Assembly (NCBI GenBank): GCA_964016885.1
Contig: OZ024740.1
Span: forward strand, 174,034,001 to 174,098,000
DNA length: 64,000 nt
Direction of reading: 5' to 3'
From: Eledone cirrhosa
Lineage: Eukaryota
This document shows, piece by piece, positions 40,017 to 54,789 of this stretch. Position 1 is the first letter of the stretch. Each line of letters starts with the position of its first letter. Made by a program: the position numbers and the translations under genes. The notes beneath the pieces were generated by a model. It was not told the DNA's origin. It worked only from the letters and a program-made list of their open reading frames with translations, and did not search any database.

Positions 40017-40456
40017 GATATTTTAGTAAGTAAGTTAATTTTATAATTTTCTTATTTTACGTCTTTTATATTATTGTTCTGCAACCCCATGCATTGAACC
40101 ACAATGTTATTAAGACAAAACCTATATATTTGCTAGCATTGATATGCATCTGTATGTATATATATGTTACTAGATATGAATTCTTTATTATTATCTCCAA
40201 ATTATTTGTCGAGCAATATTGGCCATGACTGCTGCTACGGTTGTAGGCAGGCCGCTGTCTTATTAGCAAACCACTTTCCACTGATTGACTTCGATGTCAC
40301 GTGTTCGATTCTTTTTGAATTTGCCACAGACGTAGAGGCAGTGATTTTCTCAATGGCTTGGAATTCAGTCCACGCTTCGCTATTTTCTATCCACTGAATT
40401 ATTTTTTAATAAGTTTCCAGTGTCCACGCTTTGCCTGGAAACTTACATGAGAATAG

Positions 40457-40539
40457 ACTTTCCTGACGACGGAATGCTTCTCTATATTATTCTTCGGAAA
40501 ATATATTTACTCCATTCCAGAAACTAATTAGTTGGAAGT
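40457..40539 (+). ncRNA. Type I hammerhead ribozyme, unit 2
   Basis: Same sequence as unit 1; predicted cleavage after 40533. Confidence 0.85.
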
Positions 40540-40979
40540 GATATTTTAGTAAGTAAGTTAATTTTATAATTTTCTTATTTTACGTCTTTTATATTATTGT
40601 TCTGCAACCCCATGCATTGAACCACAATGTTATTAAGACAAAACCTATATATTTGCTAGCATTGATATGCATCTGTATGTATATATATGTTACTAGATAT
40701 GAATTCTTTATTATTATCTCCAAATTATTTGTCGAGCAATATTGGCCATGACTGCTGCTACGGTTGTAGGCAGGCCGCTGTCTTATTAGCAAACCACTTT
40801 CCACTGATTGACTTCGATGTCACGTGTTCGATTCTTTTTGAATTTGCCACAGACGTAGAGGCAGTGATTTTCTCAATGGCTTGGAATTCAGTCCACGCTT
40901 CGCTATTTCCTATCCACTGAATTATTTTTTAATAAGTTTCCAGTGTCCTCGCTTTGCCTGGAAACTTACATGAGAATAG

Positions 40980-41047
40980 ACTTTCCTGACGACGGAATTC
41001 TTCGGAGAATATATTTACTCCATTCCAGAAACTAATTAGTTGGAAGT
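40980..41047 (+). ncRNA. Type I hammerhead ribozyme, unit 3 (15-nt deletion in the stem II extension)
   Basis: Core, stems I and III and GGAAU/AUUCC retained; predicted cleavage after 41041. Confidence 0.8.
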
Positions 41048-41095
41048 GATATTTTAGTAAGTAAGTTAATTTTATAATTTTCTTATTTTACGTCT

Positions 41096-41177
<82 letters not shown>

Positions 41178-41180
<3 letters not shown>

Positions 41181-41730
41181 TTAATATATAAAGGAACAAA
41201 GAATCAGTGTTGCATCGTATACATATTTATTGCATATTACATATGTTTCACTGTCGATCAGCTTGAAGAACGATCTATTTATGATCGAACCTGACTCTGG
41301 AATCGGAAGCTTCTCAGATATGTTTTAATATGCTGACTCGTGAGCCTGCATATTAAAACGACAGTGAAACATATGCATTATGTAATAAATATGTATATAA
41401 TGTAACACTGATTTGTTGTTCCTTTATATCAGTAATGGGCAACCTGCGGCCTGCGAAGCTTTCTGAATGACTTGCCTAAGTGAAATCTTTCTGATTTTTT
41501 GACCCCAACTTTTGAGTCGTAATTTATCTTTCTATCATTTTTACGATCGAGGAAAACAACAACGTGTACGAATTCTGAAGAAACAAATCAAAACAACCTG
41601 AGTTACCGCCCTTTTTTTAATGTGGGCACGAATGTAAATTAGCGCTTGCGGCCCGCCTGATGATGAGCCATATATCATGCGGCCCGCTTCTCGAAAAAAG
41701 GTTGCCCATGTTTGCTTTATATATTGATAC
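41178..41730 (-). mobile_element. Inverted-arm element with degenerate HHR (41233-41322, -), interrupted by a hAT MITE
   Basis: Arms ~41178-41256 and 41359-41429, continuing after 41722; minus strand CAUAU-CUGAGAA...GAAA-CAUAUG-UA-AUAUG. Confidence 0.65.
41430..41714. mobile_element. hAT (Charlie-like) MITE
   Basis: TIRs cagtaatgggcaacct / aggttgcccatgtttg, gcggccc subterminal motifs, exact 8-bp TSD ctttatat (41422-41429, 41715-41722). Confidence 0.9.
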
Positions 41731-41940
41731 TATTGATACTATTGATACTCTGCTCCTCAAGAGCATCAAGTGCTCACCCGGCAGACCGCTTACGGACGCA
41801 ATGAACTTGCACCTTAACACACACACACACATATATAAATAAAAGAAAGATCTTTATTGGTTGGCTGGTTGGTTGGTTGGTTGGTTGAACCACACACACA
41901 CAAGCACACACACACAAACACAGCTGCATACACACACATC

Positions 41941-42025
<85 letters not shown>

Positions 42026-42095
42026 ACACACAGAGGGATAGACAGAAAGAGAGAGATAGGCCGTTATACAGAGAGATATACAATTAGTGTTAGAT

Positions 42096-42140
<45 letters not shown>

Positions 42141-42150
42141 GAAAGAGAGG

Positions 42151-42229
<79 letters not shown>

Positions 42230-42233
<4 letters not shown>

Positions 42234-42604
42234 ATCCCACAAAAGTATAAGTTGAAGGTTTAACAATATTGCGTTAGCTTTTATAAAGTCGTTTTACAAT
42301 CTTTGATTTTACAGAACAAAGAAAAATTGATACTATTTGAAATTAATCTACCTCCAGCTTTTATCCATATAATACTTACAGACCGTACTAACGAAACAAT
42401 ACTCCAGAAGCAATGTTATGCGGTACATTGCTGTGTTTCAGATGACGTCCCTTGGAGCTGAAAACCATCATACTGACTATGGTTATTTCACAACATTTAA
42501 AATCCAAGGCCAATGCTACCATTTAATCGACAGTTTACTCCCCCAGCCTAATGCAGTCGTTTTTCTCTGTTCTCCCTCCCGGGCGAAGCTGGGTACCTCA
42601 TCTA

Positions 42605-42605
<1 letters not shown>
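42230..42605 (+). mobile_element. Non-autonomous Helitron remnant
   Basis: RepHel N-terminal motif [26 protein letters not shown] joined to a 3' end with GC-rich hairpin and CTAG|T; 5' boundary uncertain. Confidence 0.8.
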
Positions 42606-42665
<60 letters not shown>

Positions 42666-42673
42666 CGTGTACG

Positions 42674-42730
<57 letters not shown>

Positions 42731-42738
42731 CGTGTACG

Positions 42739-42920
<182 letters not shown>

Positions 42921-42924
42921 TAAG

Positions 42925-43200
42925 TGGAGGTACGTGGCCTAGTGGTAAGGGTGTTGGACTTACGATCATAATGTCGTGGGATCAATTCCTGGGTTGCGTA
43001 TTGTGTTCTTGAGCAAAACACTTCATTTCACGTTGCTCCAGTATACTCAGCTGAAAATGAGTACCAGCAATAGCTGGAGGTTTAACCCTGCGACGGACTG
43101 GCGTCCTGTCCAGGTGGGAGTCTTGTACTCTCAGTCGCTTCACGCCATGAAACCGGGATAAGCACCGGTCAAATGAGCCTTCTGGCTTAAGACAGACTTT
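42925..43200 (+). mobile_element. tRNA-derived SINE (second family)
   Basis: A box tggcctagtggt, degenerate B box, CORE-like gtgttcttgagcaaaacactt, V-like aaccctgcgacggactggcgtcctgtccagg. Confidence 0.8.
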
Positions 43201-44140
43201 AGACTTTTTTTTTATACGTACATACACACATTTATTTATATATATATTAGTCAATAACTATAATAAATCATCTCGTTAGTTTAGAGTTGGCAATTAGTGT
43301 ATCAAAATATCAAAATTAAGTCAGCAATTAACATATCAAAATCTAGAACACCAGTTCATTAATTCTATACAACATATTTCTAGTCCTGTTCTAAAATAAT
43401 TTTGTGTTTATAATCCCCATAGAGAACATATGTACTTTAAGTGCAGAATCTACATTTAGATGTTCATTAAACGTTTTTCTTATCTAATGCTGTCATGTGT
43501 ATGTGTGTGAGGTGTATTTTATAAACTCTTTCTCGTTTGTGCATGCTGTTCAAAGCTTAGCTCATATCTCTCTAACACTTAGCAGAGGAACATCCTTTTG
43601 GCGCGCTAATCCGCCAAGTCATTAGAAAGTTCAAATGGTTTAATAACAAATTCATTAAATAAATAGCTTTCCTGTCATGTATTTAGCCAGACACCATAAA
43701 TAAAGAACTGTACCATCCTCCGGATGTACACCCCCACATACTCACTCTCTCACACACACATACATGCATACACACATACACGCACGCACACACATGCGCG
43801 CACTCGCACTCACACATACACACATACACACATACACACATATATTAAATATATTCATATTCAATGTATCAAATCAAAATGTCATATCGTATTAGTAGAT
43901 ATTTAGTTCTGTCCACAAGTAATTGATTGACAACTCACCAGTTAATAGCCAGACTGCTGTGAAAATTGATGTTTATATAAAGCAAGTTACATAAATATTT
44001 ATACCAAATTCCCGAAAATATAATACAAGGTTAATTCAGTGTGATGTAATTGATAATCGTGGTTTAGTGTATCGACAATGGATTTCAATCTCAAATAAGT
44101 GTTTACAAAAGGATAATGTTTAACACACGCATACACACGC

Positions 44141-44288
<148 letters not shown>

Positions 44289-45759
44289 AGACAGACAAAT
44301 ACAGACACAAATACACATATATTAGTAGAACAGATAAAAATCGTACAGACGGCGTCATCATGGAAACATATTTTGTTAAATAATTTAACTTATCCATAGT
44401 TTTTATGAAGTTCTTTACTTACTTAACTCTCAGTGACATTTACAGAAACATATATCGGTTTGTAATTTCTGATACACACACATATAATTTTAGACAATGA
44501 AAAATATAAGAAAATAAAATAAGAGGTAACAAGTATGATCGCTTCACTGAGCAAAAATATGGATGTGCAGACTAATTGATGGTAATTATATAACTCCATA
44601 CTATTAGCTTTGAAAACTGAATATCTTCTTGCCTGTCATCTGTCAATACATACGCACATACCCGCAAACAAACACACTTACATACACTAACACCCCACAC
44701 CCATATCCACATATGGATGTAATGCGAGCAACATATAATAATTTTTTGTCTCCAGTTTTAGAGGGGTTTATCAGACAATGATATTTCTATTGCTTCCACA
44801 GAACACAAATCCCACTCCCACTCGTCATCCACATATAGACCAACCAAATTAATAGGCGATCAGCTTAACTCATTCTTCATCTTCGAATTGTAATGTCCAG
44901 ATAAATTCTGCAATTGACGTACTTTATTTTTTAATTCCATTTCTAAAAGAGTGTATATGTGCTTAAAACGTTTTTTAAAAATGTTCGAATGGACCCTATG
45001 CCGTATTTATTTTCCTTTTCAGTTGGTACTTTACATATATACGCTATATTTCTTCAAAGACATTGCTCCTGTAGTGGGCAATTATCTAGAATACTACTAT
45101 TACTCAATGTTCTAGAGGTTCTATTTCATGTAGTTACTCCATACCCCAAGTTTCATACTGAGAGAATCTGATTGGGGTGGCATGCTCTTCAGCATTTATG
45201 TTGCTAGAGATCATACCTGTATTTTTGGTTATTTTGTCTACTTAGCTGTGAAGTTGTTAGTCGTTATGTTAGTTTTAACGCTACTAGAATTTCGTATATA
45301 TGCTTTGTATTTTTCTATGGTTACTAAATGTTATATTGTCTTTTAGGTTAAGTGATGTTGAATTAGAAAACTTATTTTTTATTATTTTATCACAACTGTG
45401 TGACGGAAGGACGTTTTTCTATATAATATCAAAGAATTTTGGTATGTTTCTCCTTAATTTCCTTTTTGGGTAGTATAGGCTGATCTTTAGTGCTTCTTGT
45501 GATATTATTCTTTCCCACATTATTGTAACTTGGGCTTAACGTATATCTTATTTCTGGAGTTATTCTATTATTTTCTACTCTTCGTTTTATATCCTTCTAA
45601 TCTTTGATTCCAGATTACTGTCAAAATTTAAGTATCTGTATTACATCAGTTTTTTTCCATAAGAGATTACTAGCTCTTTTGCTCAACCTCTCTTACAGAA
45701 CTACGTAGCCGATTCATGATGAGTGAATGAGAGAAAAAGCGAGACTGAGTGAGAAAGAT

Positions 45760-45871
<112 letters not shown>

Positions 45872-46359
45872 AATCGAACTAAGTGTTCGAGTACTTTCTT
45901 TATCGATCCCGAAATAATGAAAGGCAAATTTGACTTTAATGGGATTTGAATTCAGTTCGCGCAGACAGTTGAAACAAATATCGCAAGACCAACGATCTTA
46001 TGATTATTCCAAATATCTGTGCATATGTGTGAGTTTGTTTGTGTGTGCATGTGTGAGTGTGTGTGTTTGTATGTTGAGGCAATGTGTATGTGAGAAAGAA
46101 AGACACAGAAGGAGAGAGAAAGAAATAGGGAGGGAGAGAGGGGAGGAAGAGAGGAGGCACTACACACGGACATTTATGTTATTTGGTCGATTTAGCAATC
46201 AATTTTTTTTGTCTGAAGTCATAATTGAAGGGTAATTTTTAGGGAGGTAGATGGGGAAGAGATATCCAAAAATTTAGAAAACGAGAAATTCAGGGTAGGC
46301 TGAACAACCGATAGGATGGGATGCAATAAGAAAGAAAAAAAAGACGAAGCCAGAGAGAG

Positions 46360-48220
<1,861 letters not shown>

Positions 48221-48491
48221 TTAGCGAAATTACAGCATTTTGTGAAACTAGGCATTAAAATGGTTTCTAAAATGTAAAGAAAATAATTGATGAAGGAACA
48301 TGGAGATATGGAAGGAAAAAATTACTTCCAGTCCCAGAAATAATCTTGGAAGTTAAATGAAAATAAATATAATAATGAAAAACAAATAAAAACATAGACG
48401 ATGAAAAATAATTGATGTACTAAAAAAAGCATATATGTAGAATGTATGTATGTATGTATGTATGTATGTATGTATGTATGTATGTGTATAT

Positions 48492-49090
48492 ATGTCAGGT
48501 CACCAGTTGGTGCTACTGGTAACATGTATCCCAGTACAACCTGTCTCATGGTCGGGTCGTTGGCGACTAAACTGGCAACCCCACAAGGTTTCTTGGTGAG
48601 GAGGGTGACTTTGGACATCCTGCATGACTAAAAACAAAACCTGTCAAAGGGCAAAGGAGCTCTTAAGAGTTCAAAATCACTGGGAGAGATGACCCCTTAG
48701 CCTTTGTCAAGGCAGAATTCTAGGAGAAGGAAAACTCTGATATAACACCTGCAACCCTGATGGTATCCAATGATGTTGACTTGTTCTTCTTTTTGGTAAA
48801 TATCATCTTGGTTAAGAGAGTGGGACTGGCTTTGTGCAGTGCCTTTGCTCCCTATAAAAGCTTCACGGCACAGACATTGCTTTATATCTGGCGATCTCTC
48901 TGCACTTGTCGTCACATGGTACCATGGGCCCAGCACTATGTGTCAATAATTGTCACAAGTGGAGTGTTTGTACCAGTTTTCAAGTCGCTGGCTGGACTAA
49001 AAAGTCACACTCGTTCAGCGCATCGGTAGGGGTTCTCCTACATGGATATAAAGTAGTGGCCGTACTCGAAAACGAGTTGGCAGCCACCAT
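48492..49090 (+). mobile_element. RTE-derived bipartite non-autonomous element
   Basis: Near-identical to 51080-51720; ends with C2H2-like remnant FKSLAGLKSHTRSAHR; flanked by (TATG)n. Confidence 0.75.
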
Positions 49091-50295
49091 GTATGTATGT
49101 ATGTATGTATGTATGTATGTATGTATGTATGTATGTATGTATGTATGTATGTATGTAGGTAGGTAGGAAAGTATGTATGTATGTATATATATGTATGTAT
49201 GTGTGTATATATATGTATGTTATCCCATATGTCTCTTACATAGTTGGGTTGTCGGTGTATATAGAAATACAGGTGACTGTGCACTGTAGAACCTCTCAGG
49301 AATGATGGACCCCTTATCCCGTTCTTAGAACATCTACTTGTGAAAGGGGCAGATAGGAATCCTTAGCCGCGACGGTGGTGACCTTGCTTGGAGGGAGAGG
49401 GAAAACTCTGAATTCAAACACTTGCTGTGAACCCCTTTAGGTAAGAAATACTAGAATACTGAAAATTTGATATTGCATGGACATCTTTAATAGATTGCAT
49501 GTATTTCAGCTTGAATTGACTATAAACAACTACACGAGATGGCCATTGTTGGAATATCTTCGATGACAGGACTACTCATATAGTTACCTTTCTTTAGTGG
49601 AAGAGCCTCATGAAATTTACAACTAATCCAAATCAGAATGTTAGAAATGCCCCGCCATAACATCATAGCTAGAATTTGTACTGATCGACCATAAACATTC
49701 TAATTTGCTGACAGACTCACAGAGCAGACTGATTCCTTACACCACATGAGTATCAATCTATCCAGTCATTCCAGTCCATTTCCAGCCTCTGTTTCATATC
49801 CACCGACGATCGCAAGTATTCAGTCAAATGTCTGAGTGAAACCAGAGTATAGATTTGAGTATGTATTTAACCAACACACGCACACAGGTACACACATACA
49901 TATATATGTGTATATCTGTACACTTTTGACCACACACACACGCACACACATATATAGGTAACTAAGACCACAGTTGCCTGAAATTCAACGTAAACAAATC
50001 TACACCAATCCAATGTTATCCACGAACTTGCGCAACCTTCCATTATAACCTTCCATCAGTTATAGTCCTAACCTGAAACGGCCACACGACAAGCTGTGGA
50101 GCTGGGATCCCGAATTCTTCCTATTGGAATTTCATAATTTCTACATCAGTGTAAATGTATTTGTCCTGGGGGTCCCACTGGAGTAACCCATGCTCACACT
50201 ATGGCTGATAAGATAGCGACCCGCGGACACCCCGATTGATCAGGACCGAGGAATCTGCAAAAGGAACTTCAACATTATATCATATAGACGAGTGG

Positions 50296-50477
<182 letters not shown>

Positions 50478-50542
50478 TAAGCTCTGTTACCTACATAGAG
50501 CACTCTTTTTTCCTGGACTTTTCCGACGGAATTACTTCATTT

Positions 50543-50576
<34 letters not shown>

Positions 50577-50579
50577 TAA

Positions 50580-51010
50580 GATGTGCGCTGGCAGCCGAAC
50601 TGTACGATAAAGATTTATCGGTATAAATACAGAGACTGCATTAATGTGTATATAAATATAATAAATATAGACATATCTAAGATGTAGCCATGTAAACATG
50701 GTAGAAAATACGAATTTTCCCGTAAACTGAAAAAAATTATGAAAGCATTTAATCGATATTCGTACTTAATTGGACCCTCATCAGAAAGCGTGTATATCAT
50801 CCAATCAACCACAAGGACACATGTATTTGATGGGTATATATACCTATTCACTCATAATACTATTCTGAAATGGACATACCAATTTGAAAATAGTTAGCAC
50901 TCGTGTTGGTAATTAATTAATATATATATTAAAAAGTGCGTTGGCAGCTGATGTGTATGATAAAGTTATATTTGCATAAATACAGAGTGGGTAACCGAGA
51001 CTGCACAAAT
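50580..51010 (-). mobile_element. Direct-repeat-ended element with degenerate HHR (50745-50789, -)
   Basis: Diverged direct repeats at ~50585 and ~50938; minus strand GCUUU-CUGAUGA-GGGUCC...GAAU-AUCGAUU-AAAUGC. Confidence 0.55.
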
Positions 51011-51079
51011 GTCTATACACACACACACACACACATACACACACATATATATACTGTATATATATATATATATATATAT

Positions 51080-51716
51080 ATGTCAGGTCACCAGTTGGTG
51101 CTACTGGTAACATGTATCCCAGTACAACCTGTCTCATGGTCGGGTCGTTGGCGACTAAACTGGCAACCCCACCAAGGTTTCTTGGTGAGGAGGGTGACTT
51201 TGGACATCCTGCAGGACTAAAAACAAAACCTGTCAAAGGGCAAAGGAGCTCTTAAGAGTCAATGGCCATCCAAAATCACCGGGAGAGATGACCCCTTTAG
51301 CCTTAGTCAAGGCAGAATTCTAGGAGAAGGAAAACTCTGATATAACACCTGCAACCCTGATGGTATCCAATGATGTTGACTTGTTCTTCTTTTTGGTAAA
51401 TATCATCTTGGTTAAGAGAGTGGGACTGGCTTTGTGCAGTGCCTTTGCTCACTATAAAAGCTTCACGGCACAGGCATTGCTTTATATCTGGAGATCTCTC
51501 TGCACTTGTCCTCACATGGGCCCAGCACTATGTGTCAATAGTTGTCCTACCATGGGCCTAGCACTATGTGTCAATAATTGTCACAGGTGTAGTGTTTGTA
51601 CCAGAGGTTTCAAGTCGCTGGCTGGACTAAAAAGTCACACTCGTTCAGCGCTTCGGTAGAGGTTATCCTACATGGATGTAAAGTAGTGGCCGTACTCGAA
51701 AACGAGTTGGCAGCCA

Positions 51717-51720
<4 letters not shown>
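51080..51720 (+). mobile_element. RTE-derived bipartite non-autonomous element
   Basis: Same termini as 48492-49090; flanked by (TA)n. Confidence 0.75.
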
Positions 51721-51754
<34 letters not shown>

Positions 51755-54259
51755 TGTACATAGTATAGTATATATATATATATTATGTATATATAGAGGA
51801 GATAGAAGTGGGGTTAGAAAGACAATGCTATCTTCAGCTCTCTTGATTAATATTTACTTTTTTTCCCAAACCATATATACATTTCTTTATACTATTGATG
51901 CTCTGTTTAATCCGACGTCTCCAGTGCTGTCGTCCAGTCATTCTGAATGATTCAACCAGAAGTATTCATATTACAAACATATATAATATGTGCAGTGATA
52001 ATGTAATCACTCTTTTTCGCTGTTTTAACCACTCGTTATGAGTCGAAATCCTATAGACCGACCTCTGTACATGTATTGGATTGAAGGCGGTGTTTGTTTC
52101 CGATAACTTTTGTTTGTTCATGGATAGCAATTTCCTCTATTTATAAGTTTAGTTTCAGCTTAGTCATCGTCTTTCAGTGCACATACACACATTATAACAT
52201 CTTCATCAGAGGACAGGTAGTTTGAACGTACAACATTCTATATTTCCAAGAGAATATAAAAATAACTGTACAATCCTAAGAGAAAATTTCTTTATATTAT
52301 ATTGGCAAACGGCTAGCATTGTTAAATCTAACTTTCAGGAATTATTAAGGTCATTCAGGCGGTTTCATAAGAATATTTTAGTAGCCTCTATTATATCTAT
52401 AATTCTGTCTTTGCTTATTATTTTCGTGTTCGTTTTTTTCTCCCTTAGAAATTATTACTTATATACTTTCATCCAATGATGCCAAGAATCACAATTCGCT
52501 ATCTATAAAATAAATAAATAGGTGATAAAGATAAAGGCAATGATGAACATGATTATAGTTGGAAGGAAGAAGATAATGGATTTCTAGTGGTGAGAGTGGT
52601 AGTTGAAGGAGGGAAAAGTAGAGTTATTGCTGTATGGACTGGGTGGTGGGATTTTCACGTGAACATCGATGTAAAATATATACAGATTATTCTATTAATC
52701 ACCACAGTCCACCTGCATTTATGTTATTATCATTTCTTCTTCTTCTTCTTCTTTACAACAACAACAACAACAACTACTACTACTACTAGAGAGAGAGAGA
52801 GAGAGCGACACATAGTTGAAAACTGGCTTGTAATTATATTTCCTTATAACCAGAAACCAGAATTTACTTATTACATCATGAAATAGACATTTTACCCACT
52901 TAAGAACTTCCAAAACAGATATATAAATTATAAAAAATTATTTCTTAATAGTACAGTATTCTTAATAGTACAGCTATCCTGCCTCCTGATCACTAACATA
53001 ATTCCATTTGAGTTAATCTTATTTTACTTTTAATAATAATGATTTCTTAATAAGACAATTTGATTTGTTCTCATGTGACTGACATAGTAAACTACTGAAA
53101 GTACATCAAGATGATGACATCATGGTGAACTACGGTAAACCAAAATTGAAGAGACAGATCACCAATAACACATTGAATGTAAGTTCTATTCGCACAGGAA
53201 TATCTACTGCGATATTTCAAGAGGACAGTGCTTCTGGTTTCTATTTCACCTTGTTTGTTGGCTTATTAGTTTTTTTGTTTGTTTGCGGCATTGGTTCTGG
53301 CTCTCTGCGTTCTGAGTTCAAAACTTGCTACGGTCAACTTTTCCTTTCATCTTTTAGAGGTTGATAAAAAAGTACCAGTACTGGGGTCGACTCTTCCTCA
53401 CGTCCTCCCTATCACTTTATCTCTGTCATTCTCTGGAAGAAATCAATCGTGTTCAGACTCGGATAGGAGATGGGATCTGCTGTATATCACTACGGCGTCC
53501 TCTACGATTCTATCAGGAGTTACGGATCGAAAAAGAAAAGAGACGATAAAAATAGGTAGAATGACCAAACGAGCAGATGATTTGGAATTCTTGAGAAAGG
53601 CGTCGGACGATTCTAAGTTCTGCATAGACTTTAGCATAGACGAGAGTAAAATTGTGTGTGAGCACGCGCGCCTGGATGTAAGCTGTCTGAACGAGAAATA
53701 AACATGAATATTTTAATAGAGTAAAACAAAATATAGAAAAACAAATCTCAATACCAAGAATTGTGGAATGAACACATATGTCAATAACATATGTCTCTAT
53801 GGTATTGTGCTGGGGAATGACAGACCTACATTTCATAGTCTATAATATGTGTCTACTAAAACAATTATCACATACAACACAATAAGTCTGACAACCAACG
53901 TCTGTACATCCCTATATATGAAATTGTAGGGGAACATTGATCTTTCTAATTTACAAGAAGACCTACTATATGCCTTTATTAACTCTAACCGCAATAGTGT
54001 AGCAAATTGATTAAAGCTGAATTTAAACCTCCATTTGTTTTTAAAATAGCTATCTGGTACTCATTTTCCCTTTAATCAGCCTAAGAAATAATGGATTATT
54101 AGTATACGTACAGACCACCATATAATACACAATGGGACTTGTGAAGGCGCCTGGTTTCATGGTTAGAGTGTTCGGCTCACAATTGTCAGGTAATGATTTC
54201 GATTCCTGGTGGCGCGTTATATCCTTGGTCAAGATACTATATCACCCTAGTAATTGACT

Positions 54260-54535
54260 TATGCTTTATTTTAACGATCCCAGAAGGATGAAAACAAAGT
54301 TGACCTCGTCGGGATTTGAAAGGAGAAACGAGAAAAGCATTTCGTTCGACATTCTAATGTTACTACCAATACACCAAGTAATAATTGTTTCTACTTTCAT
54401 CACAAAACCAGCAATTTAGAGGGAAGGGGAAAGTCGATTAAAGCGATTCAAGTGCATTACTGGTACTTTATTTTATCGACTCCTGTAGGTATGAAAGGCA
54501 AAGTTAACCACTGCGGGATTTGAATTAAGAACGTA
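54260..54535 (-). mobile_element. Two SINE fragments
   Basis: SINE core in reverse orientation, twice. Confidence 0.65.
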
Positions 54536-54542
54536 ACTTGAC

Positions 54543-54574
<32 letters not shown>

Positions 54575-54789
54575 AATGCTTTCTTTATTAACCACAAGGG
54601 TTTACATAAAGTAGACATTAAGGACAGTACAGGACAATACAGGACGGTACAAATGGGCATTTCTGCGTGTAAAAAAAACAGTGCATGTAATAAAAAAAAA
54701 TAACAATGAAAAATTCCCCAATAGGGGGGAGACTTTCGAGGGACATTTGTGGAGAAAGCCCATTAAAAGGCCAGAGTGACCCTGACCAC

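Larger units (their letters stand above)
39477..41100 (+). mobile_element. Retrozyme-like array: inverted partial copy + ~2.5 tandem 523-bp units, between (TA)n tracts
   Basis: Units start at 39779, 40302 and 40825; 39477-39779 is the reverse complement of 39889-40191; one HHR per copy. Confidence 0.9.

Noticed and set aside
39779-41100. 71- and 77-aa ORFs in the tandem units, or a CRISPR-like reading of the array
   Set aside because: ORFs have no motif and recur only because of the repeat; units have no unique spacers.
42925-43000. tRNA gene
   Set aside because: A/B boxes run into a SINE body; no acceptor stem.
52160-52217. Minus-strand CUGAUGA...GAAA
   Set aside because: Stem II only 2 bp and no valid NUH/stem I; at best a remnant.
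53279-53701. 140-aa ORF
   Set aside because: N-terminus is SINE-derived; remainder unrecognised.
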